From Patescibacteria group bacterium (GTDB lineage: Bacteria; Patescibacteriota; Minisyncoccia; UBA6257; 2-01-FULL-56-20), in assembly GCA_038063755.1 (NCBI GenBank), contig JBBTUL010000012.1, positions 572 to 64,571 of the forward strand: a stretch of 64,000 bases of DNA, read 5' to 3'. Position 1 is the first letter of the stretch. Each line of letters begins with the position of its first letter. A program made the translations under genes and the position numbers. The notes under the pieces are model-generated. The model saw only the letters and a list, made by a program, of their open reading frames with translations. It was not told the DNA's origin and searched no databases. Shown here piece by piece: positions 1 to 8,536 of the stretch.

Positions 1-700
1 GTCCCCGTCCGACCTGCGCGTTGTATATGTTGCGCCAAAGGGATCAGGTTGGTCGCTTTTTACCCTGGACACGAAAAGTAAAACCGCAAAACCGCAGAGC
101 CTTTCTTCTTTTTCTCACGAAGGACTCTTTCCTTCTTGGATTTTTCCGGACAAGATTTTTCTCTCCGAAAAGCCCTCTGCCCTTGTCGACACTTCGGTTT
201 TTAGCTTTGACCTCGCCAAAAAAATTCTTTCGCGAATAGTGCAGGGTCGTGGAGCGCTCGCGCTATGGGACAGGGACGCAAGCAGGGGGATTGTTTTTGT
301 TGGAAACGCGCGCGGAGGGGGATCTCTTGCTCTTGTAGACAGCAGCGGGAATATTGAAAAGCAGTTTTCTTTTGTCACGCTTCCTTCAAAGTGCGCCTTC
401 GAAACAAAAACGCTTGGTCCACAGGCGGGAGTAAAGGCAAAGAAAAAATCTTGGCTTGTTTGCGCCGTTCCTCGCGACAGAAGAGCCTTCGAATCCTCCA
501 TTCTCCCCGATGCGTATTTTCAGAAGGAGCTCCGCACCGAAGACGGCTTTTACCGCATCGACATCGAGACCGGAACGATTACCACGCTTTTTGACGAAGA
601 GGCGAGCTCTCTCGACGCAGCAGACGTGAAAACAAAAAACGGAAGGGTTTATTTCCTAAACCAATACGACAATTTTCTTTATAGCATCTCTTTGGAGTAG
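1..700 (+). CDS. hypothetical protein, 5'-truncated at window edge (beta-propeller-like Gly/Asp-rich repeats)
   Basis: Reading frame 2 is open from nt 2 through the stop at 698-700. The ORF-track entry 239..700 (GTG start) is the tail of this longer frame. Motifs such as GSGWSLFTLD and GALALWDRDASRGIVFVGN suggest a beta-propeller. It is followed by a hairpin terminator. Confidence 0.35.
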   Translation, partial: SPSDLRVVYVAPKGSGWSLFTLDTKSKTAKPQSLSSFSHEGLFPSWIFPDKIFLSEKPSALVDTSVFSFDLAKKILSRIVQGRGALALWDRDASRGIVFVGNARGGGSLALVDSSGNIEKQFSFVTLPSKCAFETKTLGPQAGVKAKKKSWLVCAVPRDRRAFESSILPDAYFQKELRTEDGFYRIDIETGTITTLFDEEASSLDAADVKTKNGRVYFLNQYDNFLYSISLE

Positions 701-712
701 CATCATAAAAGT

Positions 713-734
713 AAAAGCCCCGAAAGGGGCTTTT
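713..734. terminator. bidirectional rho-independent terminator between convergent genes
   Basis: aaaagcccc-gaaa-ggggctttt: a perfect 9-bp stem with a GNRA-like loop and A/T runs on both sides. It sits between the stop of the plus-strand ORF (700) and the stop of jag (733). Confidence 0.5.
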
Positions 735-1203
735 ACTTTTCTTCTTCGGGAGGTCCTAGCGGAGGCTTCTCCCCGTCTACGAGGCGGATCGTTACGCACC
801 TGCTCTTTCCTACCCCGTCGCTTACCGTCATGACGTCCGGATGCGCCGCAAGCTCGACGTGTATAAGGCGTCTCTCGTAAGAATTCATCGCCGGCAAAGA
901 GACCGCTTCTTTTGTCGCCCTTACCTTCCGTGCCGCAGCCCTTGCAAGCTCTCCCAGAAGCTTCTCTCTTTCTTTGCGATAGTTGTTCACATCAAAAACC
1001 ATCGGGTGTTCTCCCTCTTTTTGCGCAAGAACCTGCGAAAGATGGTTCAGCGCGTCTACGAGCTCAGGAAGGTGTCCTTGAAATGCTGGTGGTTGATTAT
1101 ATATAAAAACACTGCCGTGGTGATGCTCCAGGTCAAGCTCAACTGTATGCTCCCCGAATCCCATTCCTTCAATTGTCTTTTTTATGAATTGATCCCACTG
1201 CAT
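733..1203 (-). CDS. jag: Jag/KhpB-like R3H-domain RNA-binding protein
   Basis: C-terminal R3H signature (ERRLIHVEL) and a KH-like region. Position immediately downstream of yidC is the conserved yidC-jag arrangement. Confidence 0.7.
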   Translation of the reverse strand: MQWDQFIKKTIEGMGFGEHTVELDLEHHHGSVFIYNQPPAFQGHLPELVDALNHLSQVLAQKEGEHPMVFDVNNYRKEREKLLGELARAAARKVRATKEAVSLPAMNSYERRLIHVELAAHPDVMTVSDGVGKSRCVTIRLVDGEKPPLGPPEEEK

Positions 1204-1906
1204 GCTGTGATAAAGATTCTTTATTTACGATCATCTGTTGCACCACCGAGACGAGCGACGAGACAAACCAGTAGAGAGGAACTGCCGCAGGTAGGCCGAA
1301 AAAGATAACCACGGTCATAAGCGGCCCCACGAGAACCATCGATCTCGCAACACGATCCATAGAAGATGCGCTGTTTTGCGATTGCGCTGCAAGGGTGATC
1401 TTTCCCTGGACGTACTGAGCCACGGCCGCCGCGACCACCATTAGAATACTTCTCTCGTTTAAATTAATCAACCCGAAGAGAGTCGCGTTTATTCCTGCCG
1501 GGACATCAACAAATGAATATAGATCCAAAATCGGTATAGGGCTTAGTCCGCGAAGAAAAATTCTGTAGAGCGCGATAAGTATTGGCAGTTGGACAACAAG
1601 GAGGATCATCCCTGAAAATGGATTCACTCCCGCCGTCTTATAAAGAGCCATCACTTCTGTTGTTTGTTTTTTTGGGTCTTTTTTGTACTTCTCCTGTAGC
1701 TCTTTCATTTTTGGCTGTAGCTCCTTCAGCTGTTTTTGATGTCTAAGGCTTTTTTGAAAGATCGGAAACAAAAGAAGCCGGACCAGCACCGTAAGAAGGA
1801 TTATTGCAACCCCAAGGTCCTGAAATCCGATCGTATTATAAAGCCCAACCAAAAGATTAATAAGCGGGCGATGAAGGGTTTCGTTGAAAAATTCACCAAT
1901 AATCAT
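1169..1906 (-). CDS. yidC: membrane protein insertase YidC (short Oxa1-type)
   Basis: Five predicted TM helices, a YidC/Oxa1 core and a Lys-rich C-tail. Located between rnpA and jag. Confidence 0.8.
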   Translation of the reverse strand: MIIGEFFNETLHRPLINLLVGLYNTIGFQDLGVAIILLTVLVRLLLFPIFQKSLRHQKQLKELQPKMKELQEKYKKDPKKQTTEVMALYKTAGVNPFSGMILLVVQLPILIALYRIFLRGLSPIPILDLYSFVDVPAGINATLFGLINLNERSILMVVAAAVAQYVQGKITLAAQSQNSASSMDRVARSMVLVGPLMTVVIFFGLPAAVPLYWFVSSLVSVVQQMIVNKESLSQHAVGSIHKKDN

Positions 1907-2229
1907 TTTTTTCTTTTTGCTTCGCCAAAAAGAGCATACACCTCTTCTTTAAGGGCGGCAAACGAAAGACTTGTTGCTCCTTTTTTTGCTATCACACAAA
2001 CATCAAGCCCGAGCATGTCTTCTGGATCAAAAAGGGCTACAACTTGCCTTTTTAGACGATGCCGGTCTACTGCGCGCTTTGCTGCTTCTTTTGAAACAAC
2101 CACCCCAAGTCTTCCGGGGGTTTTCTCCGTTCTCTTAAAAAGGAGCTTTAGGTTTTTAGAGCTCGCTCCCCCATGAATAGTCTCAAAAAAAGATGAATCG
2201 AGCGGAGTTCGGCGAATCCTAGGAAGCAT
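1903..2229 (-). CDS. rnpA: ribonuclease P protein component
   Basis: 108 aa basic protein with RnpA-like motifs (GRLGVVVSKEAAKRAVDRHRLKR). Immediately downstream of rpmH, a conserved synteny. Confidence 0.8.
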   Translation of the reverse strand: MLPRIRRTPLDSSFFETIHGGASSKNLKLLFKRTEKTPGRLGVVVSKEAAKRAVDRHRLKRQVVALFDPEDMLGLDVCVIAKKGATSLSFAALKEEVYALFGEAKRKK

Positions 2230-2244
2230 ATTTCCCTTTTTCCG

Positions 2245-2379
2245 TTATAGCGCCAGCCTCTTGCGCCCCTTCGCTCTTCTCCGTTTAAGAACCTTTTTTC
2301 CGCCGGGCTTCCTGCGTCTTGCAATAAACCCGTGCGTTCGCGCCCTTTTCCTCTTCTTTGGTTGATATGTTTGCGACAT
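2245..2379 (-). CDS. rpmH: 50S ribosomal protein L34
   Basis: Not in the ORF track because it is under 60 aa. Manual translation of the minus strand gives [44 protein letters not shown], a textbook L34 sequence. It is upstream of rnpA as in most bacteria. Confidence 0.85.
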   Translation of the reverse strand: MSQTYQPKKRKRARTHGFIARRRKPGGKKVLKRRRAKGRKRLAL

Positions 2380-2433
2380 ACAACCCACTGTATCACCTTT
2401 CTCTTTTTTTGTAAAATTTTTTCTCTGAAATAT

Positions 2434-2453
2434 TTATTCACAGCAAATCCACA
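2434..2453. promoter_or_regulatory. two adjacent DnaA-box-like 9-mers upstream of dnaA
   Basis: TTATTCACA (2434-2442) and AAATCCACA (2445-2453), versus the consensus TTATCCACA. They lie in the rpmH-dnaA intergenic region. Confidence 0.4.
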
Positions 2454-2473
2454 GAAAAGATTCAAAAACTTTT

Positions 2474-3865
2474 TTGACTCCTTTCGAATTACCCGTACAA
2501 TGGAACCTAATGAATCTCGAAGAACTTTGGCAGCTCACACTAGGCGAAATGGAGGTTCAGCTTTCGAGGGCTAACTTTGCAACGTGGCTAAAAAGCAGTC
2601 GTCTTTTAAACAAAGACGACGGCGTAATGTATGTTTCTTTGCCGAACCACTTCGCCCGAGAGTGGGTCGAGAATAAATATCACAAAAACCTCCTTGGTAT
2701 CATCCGTGGATTTGATCCTTCGACTAAAAAAATTGAGTTTGTCGTTCGCCAAGAACATCAGGAGCCACCTCCCGAGAAAATAACTTCGAAAGAATTTGAA
2801 AAATTTGAAAACCGCATCGACTTTCAGTTTAAAGTTGATGGAGATAGTAATTTAAATTCTCGCTATACAATGGATTCTTTCGTTGTTGGCCCGTCGAACG
2901 AGCTTGCTTTTGCGGCAGCAAGCGCAATCGTTCAAGATGTTGGAGTAAAGTATAATCCTTTCTTTGTATACGGTGGAGTTGGCCTGGGGAAAACGCACCT
3001 TATCCAAGCGATCGGAAACGGTATTCTCGAAAAATATCAGAAAAAAATTCGTCCTCGTTATGTTTCTTCGGAGAAGTTCACGAGCGACATTGTTTGGGCG
3101 CTTCGTAATAAAAGAATCGATGATATAAAAAAGAAATACAGGGACTGCGATGTCCTTATTATCGACGACATTCAGTTTATTAGCGGGAAAGAAAAAACAA
3201 TGGAAGAATTTTTCCATACCTTCAACGCTCTTTATGAAAACAATAAACAAATTATTATTTCTTCTGATCGCCCGCCTCAATCTCTTGCAACGCTCGAAGA
3301 TCGCCTGCGCTCTAGGTTTGAGGGCGGTCTCATCGCCGACATAGGATATCCTGAATATGAAATGCGCCTCGCTATTATTCGCAGCAAGCTCCAGGAAAAA
3401 AACCAGGTTTTAACCGATGAAATTATTGATCTTATTGCTCGTCGAGTTAAGAAAAATATCCGAGAGCTTGAGGGGGTTTTAAATAAAATAATCTTTTCTC
3501 AAGAAACAAAAAAACGCCCCCTTACAGAAGAAGAGGTGGAAGAGGTTATCAAAAAATCGTTGAAAAACTTCTCGCAAAGGGTCTCCGATGACCAAATATT
3601 AAAAGCAGTAGCCGACTTTTTCCGGGTTGCTCCTGAGGACCTTATGCGGCGGATTCGGAAGAAAGAAATCGTTGAACCCCGTCAAATCGCCATGTATCTT
3701 CTTCGGGATATCCTCGATATGTCATACCCATATATTGGGGAAAAGATGGGGAGAGATCACACTACCGCAATTCACGCTGTTGAGAAAATAACCCAGGAAA
3801 TCAATAAGAATTCTTCTTTGAGCCAAAAAATCAATCTTATCAAGGATTTAATATACAGAAATTAG
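2474..3865 (+). CDS. dnaA: chromosomal replication initiator protein DnaA
   Basis: AAA+ Walker A (GGVGLGKTHL), a sensor/box VII region and a C-terminal DnaA DNA-binding domain (RQIAMYLLRD...GRDHTTAIHA). Confidence 0.95.
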   Translation: MTPFELPVQWNLMNLEELWQLTLGEMEVQLSRANFATWLKSSRLLNKDDGVMYVSLPNHFAREWVENKYHKNLLGIIRGFDPSTKKIEFVVRQEHQEPPPEKITSKEFEKFENRIDFQFKVDGDSNLNSRYTMDSFVVGPSNELAFAAASAIVQDVGVKYNPFFVYGGVGLGKTHLIQAIGNGILEKYQKKIRPRYVSSEKFTSDIVWALRNKRIDDIKKKYRDCDVLIIDDIQFISGKEKTMEEFFHTFNALYENNKQIIISSDRPPQSLATLEDRLRSRFEGGLIADIGYPEYEMRLAIIRSKLQEKNQVLTDEIIDLIARRVKKNIRELEGVLNKIIFSQETKKRPLTEEEVEEVIKKSLKNFSQRVSDDQILKAVADFFRVAPEDLMRRIRKKEIVEPRQIAMYLLRDILDMSYPYIGEKMGRDHTTAIHAVEKITQEINKNSSLSQKINLIKDLIYRN

Positions 3866-3992
3866 GAACCTTTAATACTCTTCTTATAAACAGGTATAAC
3901 CCGGAAAAAGAACCATTCCATAAAGATATCAACAGTTCCCATAGTACAGTAACAACAGTAATAATATATTAACTAATAGTAATAATAGGAGA
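3866..3992. other. AT-rich dnaA-dnaN spacer; candidate oriC DNA-unwinding element
   Basis: A 127-nt intergenic stretch with very high A+T (aacagtaataatatattaactaatagtaataata) between dnaA and dnaN, where oriC lies in many bacteria. Confidence 0.35.
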
Positions 3993-5111
3993 ATGAACTT
4001 TGTTATTTTAAGAGATAAATTAAAAGAAGGGCTGGATATAGTTTCTCATTTCGTAAATGACGGAAATAATCTTCCCGTTTTAAAAAATATTCTCGTCCGA
4101 GCAGACGAAAATAAAATAACTCTTTCGGCAACAAATCTTGAAAGCGGAATTTCTTTTTATATTCCTTGCAAGGTAATTCAACAAGGATCGTTTACAGCTC
4201 CGGCAAATATTTTAAGCCAAGTTATAAATAATATTCAACAAGACAAAATAAACGTCGAACAGAAAAACAGTTTTTTTGAAATAAAAACAGAAAATTATCA
4301 AGCTTCGATTCAGGGAATTTCTTCGGAAGATTTTCCGATTATTCCAAGAATTAAAAACATAACGACCTCGCTCGAAATAGAAGGAAAAATATTAAAAGAG
4401 GCCCTTGATCAGACAACTACAGCAACGCAGTTTTCAGATCTTCGCCCAGAATTAAACAGCATTCTTTTTTCATACGGTTTGAATAATATTACTTTCGTAG
4501 GAACCGATAGCTTTCGATTAGCGGAAAAAAAACTCCAAGAAAGCCAATTCTCTTCAAACGAGAAAAAAGAATGGAGCGTTTTACTTCCTTTAAAAACAGC
4601 ACAAGAACTTTCGAAAACTATAAAGAACGAAGGGAAAATAAAAATAAATAAAGACGAAAACCAAATTCTTTTCAAAAGCGAAAACTTCGAAATAATTTCA
4701 AGAACAATTGAAGGAGCGTTTCCTGACTACCAAGCTATAATGCCAAAACAATTTTATGCAGAAATAACTGCTTCAAGAGAAGAGTTTATTAACGCCCTAA
4801 AACTCATTGGAATAATGGCCGATTTTGGAAACGAAATTACCGTTCGTATTTCTCCTGGGAAGAAAGCGATCGAGCTTTTTTCGAAAAGCAAGAACCAAGG
4901 AGATAATACATATGTTCTTTCAGCAAAGATTGACTGTAAGAAAGACGCGATAGAAACGAGTTTTAATTGGAGATTTTTACTCGAAGGGCTAAAAAGCATT
5001 TCCGCAGAAGAAATATTTTTTGGAATAAACGAAGAAAATAAACCAGCAATACTGCGTGCCCCACAAAAAGGATCGTATTTTTATATCCTTATGCCGATTC
5101 TTAAGGGATAG
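3993..5111 (+). CDS. dnaN: DNA polymerase III beta sliding clamp
   Basis: 372 aa, three-domain clamp architecture, directly downstream of dnaA. Confidence 0.9.
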   Translation: MNFVILRDKLKEGLDIVSHFVNDGNNLPVLKNILVRADENKITLSATNLESGISFYIPCKVIQQGSFTAPANILSQVINNIQQDKINVEQKNSFFEIKTENYQASIQGISSEDFPIIPRIKNITTSLEIEGKILKEALDQTTTATQFSDLRPELNSILFSYGLNNITFVGTDSFRLAEKKLQESQFSSNEKKEWSVLLPLKTAQELSKTIKNEGKIKINKDENQILFKSENFEIISRTIEGAFPDYQAIMPKQFYAEITASREEFINALKLIGIMADFGNEITVRISPGKKAIELFSKSKNQGDNTYVLSAKIDCKKDAIETSFNWRFLLEGLKSISAEEIFFGINEENKPAILRAPQKGSYFYILMPILKG

Positions 5112-5112
5112 A

Positions 5113-7752
5113 TCAGTAGAGGATAGAAAAGGATTTTCCAGTGCTTCCAGACTCATCTTCCGCTTCAACCGAAAGGATGTTTTGCGGAAAAAGAGGAGCA
5201 GAAAAAGAAAAACGGAGTTCATAGCTTGTTCCAAACGAGCCAAGGAAGGATTGTACTAAGCGCTCGTTAAAATAAACGCGAATAGTCTTCATGGGAGCCG
5301 AGCTTTTTAAGTTAGCGACAATAGAAACCGGATTTGTGTTCGTAAAGCTTCCCTCGGATGGATGGACAACCGTAATCTGCGGAGGAAAAAGGGGTTTTTG
5401 AGAGGCGAGGATGTCCGAGGCAGAATCCTGCTGAACAGGAGAAAATATTCCGAGATTGTCTTTTGCCCACGAAAGAACACCGAATTCCCAACGCAAGAAT
5501 TGAGAATCAGAGGCCGGATTTTGCGGAGGGGGGCCAAGAGGATTTTTTTTATCGACAAAATAAAGAATCGAATGAACCTCGCTACCCTCAAGGTAGTTTC
5601 CCCGCAAAATATTTTTTTCTGGAAAAACAGGATCCGGTTTTGAAAAAATTTCTGAAGGAACCGTCTTTAACGCCTCTCCAAAAAACTTACTCCAAGTTGG
5701 TATCGCGGCGAGAATGCTCGATCCTTGTTTTTGCATTGCCGAACTGTCGTTGTTTCCCGCCCAAACGCCCACAACGAGAGATGGGGTATATCCAACCGCC
5801 CATGCGTCAACGTAGTCGTTGCTTGTTCCTGTTTTTAGCGCAACCTCGTGATCCGAGAAAACCGTAAGCGCAAGACTGCTTGGAGAAAGAAGTCCGGAGC
5901 GCGCTTCAACGTCGGTAAGGATGCTGTTTACTAAGCGAGGAAGCTGCGGTTCCAAAACGATCTTTTCTTTGTTTATGTAAGACTCCAAAACTTCTCCATT
6001 TCGATCCCGAACTTCCATGACAAAGGATTGTTCGCGAAGGACGCCCTCTTGAGAAAGAACAGAATATGCTTTTACAAGATCGACAAGGCGAACTGCCCCA
6101 CCTCCCAAGACCAGGGAGAGGCCGTATCGCTCAGGATTAGTGAGCGTAGCAAGACCCAGGCTGTTCATGAGGCGCACCGTGTCGGATATTCCCGCAAGAT
6201 ACAGAACCTTAACCGCGGGGACGTTTATAGATTGCGCCAAGGCATTACGGAAAGAAACGGGGCCGCGAAATTTCTGATCAAAGTTTTCAGGGTGGAAACA
6301 TTGCGGGGGATCAGAGCTGAAATCCGGCTTTGCCGGACACGAAGAGATCGAAGAGAACTCTGTTGGAACATCAAAGACAACGGTTTCCGGAGTATAACCC
6401 TTCATGAACGCATTTAAATAAACAAAGGGCTTGAGAGATGATCCTGGCTGGCGCAGGCCCTGGAGGGCGACATTAAAATTTCCTTCATTTTTTATATCAA
6501 AATAATCTCGCGAACCAACAAGAGCAAGGATCTGGCCAGTCTTGGGATCTTCCGCGACAAGAGCAGCATTCTTCCCTTTGTAGAGGCGTTCGTTGTTTTC
6601 AGCCCCTTCTTTTACGGTTTTTTCGGCGATCTCCTGCAAATTCCAATCGAGCGTGGTAATAACGCGAAGTCCTCCTTTTTGCACTGCATCTTCTCCGTAC
6701 TTCTGTACCAAATGGTCTTGTACGGCGAAAACAAAATGAGGGGCTTTAATGCTTTGTGTTGATTGCGGCATGAAACGAACCGGTTCCGAAAGAGCAGATT
6801 TATATTGCGCATCCGTTATAAAGCCAAGATCTTTCATTTTTCTAAGAACGACATTAGCCCTTCTTAAAAGCTCGCTTGCTCGGGATCCCCAAGGAGAGTA
6901 ATAGCTTGGCGCCTGCGGAAGGGCTGCAAGAATTGATGACTCCCGAAGAGATATTTCGTGGACCGGCTTTCCGAAATAGGCCCGACTAGCCGCCTCTGCT
7001 CCGTAAAGGGTTGAGCCATAAGGGATTTCGTTTAAGTAAAGCTCAAGGATCTGATCTTTTGTGTAATTCTCTGAAAGGCGGACAGCAAGCATAAGTTCCC
7101 TGAGTTTTCGAGAGACGGTTTTTTCCGGACTCAGAAAAGCATTTCTGGCCAGCTGCTGGGTTATGGTAGAGCCGCCCTGACGAATTTCTCCGTGGCGCAG
7201 ATTTACGACGAAAGCCCGAACGATACCACGCAGATCGAATGCCGGCTCCGTATAAAACTTTTCGTCTTCAATCGCGATAGTCGCCTGTTCGAGATGGTCG
7301 GGTATTTCAACAAGAGAAGCAACGGTGCGCCTTTCTCCGGCGTTAATTTCGTACAAAAGAACCTCCCCGGTCCTATCATATATCTTTGTAGACTCGCTTA
7401 CTTCTCGCGCCCTGATCTGCTCAATCGTCGGAAGGGAGCGAAAAAGGAAAATCAAAAAAAGAGAAAAAGCAAAGAAAAAAACAAAGAAAGGGAAAAGAAA
7501 GAACCGATTGAAATTCTGCCCTCGACGAAGAAAAGAAAAAAAGCGACGCATGTTCCAATTATGAACAAACGCGCCAGGAAAGTCTATTTCCTGGCGCGTT
7601 TGTTCTATGGATAAAGCGAAGCTTTTATTCCTCGCTCTCTTCGGTGCCGAGAGGCTCATCGACCTCTTCTTCAAGAGGTTCTCCGATATCGTTCTCGCCG
7701 TCGTCAACGCCGGCGTCTCCCCCTGGAGGGGTAACACCCTCTTCTTCGTCAC
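5113..7752 (-). CDS. class A penicillin-binding protein (PBP1A-type, glycosyltransferase + transpeptidase)
   Basis: GT51 motifs (GGSTITQQLARN, RKLRELMLA) followed by a transpeptidase domain and a long Ser/Thr-rich C-terminal extension. The true start is probably the internal Met at 7551 (MRRFFSFLRRG, just before the TM helix), which would remove the overlap with the 7625-7891 ORF. Confidence 0.85.
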   Translation of the reverse strand: MTKKRVLPLQGETPALTTARTISENLLKKRSMSLSAPKRARNKSFALSIEQTRQEIDFPGAFVHNWNMRRFFSFLRRGQNFNRFFLFPFFVFFFAFSLFLIFLFRSLPTIEQIRAREVSESTKIYDRTGEVLLYEINAGERRTVASLVEIPDHLEQATIAIEDEKFYTEPAFDLRGIVRAFVVNLRHGEIRQGGSTITQQLARNAFLSPEKTVSRKLRELMLAVRLSENYTKDQILELYLNEIPYGSTLYGAEAASRAYFGKPVHEISLRESSILAALPQAPSYYSPWGSRASELLRRANVVLRKMKDLGFITDAQYKSALSEPVRFMPQSTQSIKAPHFVFAVQDHLVQKYGEDAVQKGGLRVITTLDWNLQEIAEKTVKEGAENNERLYKGKNAALVAEDPKTGQILALVGSRDYFDIKNEGNFNVALQGLRQPGSSLKPFVYLNAFMKGYTPETVVFDVPTEFSSISSCPAKPDFSSDPPQCFHPENFDQKFRGPVSFRNALAQSINVPAVKVLYLAGISDTVRLMNSLGLATLTNPERYGLSLVLGGGAVRLVDLVKAYSVLSQEGVLREQSFVMEVRDRNGEVLESYINKEKIVLEPQLPRLVNSILTDVEARSGLLSPSSLALTVFSDHEVALKTGTSNDYVDAWAVGYTPSLVVGVWAGNNDSSAMQKQGSSILAAIPTWSKFFGEALKTVPSEIFSKPDPVFPEKNILRGNYLEGSEVHSILYFVDKKNPLGPPPQNPASDSQFLRWEFGVLSWAKDNLGIFSPVQQDSASDILASQKPLFPPQITVVHPSEGSFTNTNPVSIVANLKSSAPMKTIRVYFNERLVQSFLGSFGTSYELRFSFSAPLFPQNILSVEAEDESGSTGKSFSILY

Positions 7753-7891
7753 TCAGGGAAAGACCCTGAAGGGCAACATCGTATTCTTGCATTGTTATAT
7801 CTTTCAGGATACGACCTTTCGTTTCTTGTTCTCGGAATTGTTTATGAGAATCAATTGTGGTGAAGTATATGCGAGCAAACGTAGCTGTCAA
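7625..7891 (-). CDS. small hypothetical protein with strongly acidic C-terminus
   Basis: 88 aa with a DEEEG...EEEVDEPLGTEESEE tail. Its start overlaps the ruvC stop by 4 nt (ATGA), which suggests translational coupling. Confidence 0.4.
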   Translation of the reverse strand: MTATFARIYFTTIDSHKQFREQETKGRILKDITMQEYDVALQGLSLSDEEEGVTPPGGDAGVDDGENDIGEPLEEEVDEPLGTEESEE

Positions 7892-8370
7892 TACCCCTTA
7901 ATCCTTGTTTTTGGATCGGAAAAAGCGACCAAGGAAAGGGCGATGGCGTCATATGCATCGTCTATAAGGTCAAGGGTCGGTTCCCCGAGAATCAGGCGGA
8001 CCATCTTAGCAACAGCCTTCTTGTCGGCGCCGCCATAGCCCGCGAGGCTTGATTTAACCTCTGTGGGCGTATATTCGAGGATGGGAACTCCTCTTTCTTC
8101 GGCGGCGAGTACGGCGACGCCGCGTGCTTCTGCGACAGCAATGGCTGTTTTCTGGTTTTTAGAGAAGTATAGCCGTTCGATTGCAAGGGCCGACGGCCGA
8201 TAGGAAAGGAAAAGGGAGTCAAGACGTTTCTTGATTGTGGCGAGAGAAACAGCGCCGCCATCGGGGGAGTCCAAAATTCCAGCTTCGAGAAGAGAGAGGA
8301 AAGAGCCCTCTTTTTTCACAACGCCGAAACCCATGCGTTTTGTTCCCGGATCAATGCCAAGGATAATCAT
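7888..8370 (-). CDS. ruvC: Holliday junction resolvase RuvC
   Basis: The N-terminus MIILGIDPGTKRMGFGVV is the RuvC catalytic-Asp motif. Length is 160 aa. Confidence 0.85.
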   Translation of the reverse strand: MIILGIDPGTKRMGFGVVKKEGSFLSLLEAGILDSPDGGAVSLATIKKRLDSLFLSYRPSALAIERLYFSKNQKTAIAVAEARGVAVLAAEERGVPILEYTPTEVKSSLAGYGGADKKAVAKMVRLILGEPTLDLIDDAYDAIALSLVAFSDPKTRIKGY

Positions 8371-8536
8371 AAGAAAGAAATATCAGTATACACATTCTGG
8401 ATCGACTCGCGTCCCTTCGATCGTGAGCGTCCAGCCACATATAAATACTATACGAAAAAAAAGAAATTTGCCGGGAAACGCGGCAGTAAGCGGATGGCGC
8501 ACTAGCGAAAGGCAAAAAGAGTAGAATGAAAGGATA

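Noticed and set aside
2148-2465. 105-aa minus-strand ORF spanning the rnpA-dnaA gap
   Set aside because: It overlaps the clear rpmH (L34) gene in another frame. L34 is an unmistakable match, and the 105-aa product is basic low-complexity junk.
7192-7614. Lys/Glu-rich ORFs on the plus strand (140 aa and 79 aa) that look like histone-like or polyK proteins
   Set aside because: They are the antisense shadow of the Phe/Leu-rich N-terminal TM region of the minus-strand PBP1A gene (poly-TTT/TTC reads as poly-AAA/GAA). They have no independent start context.
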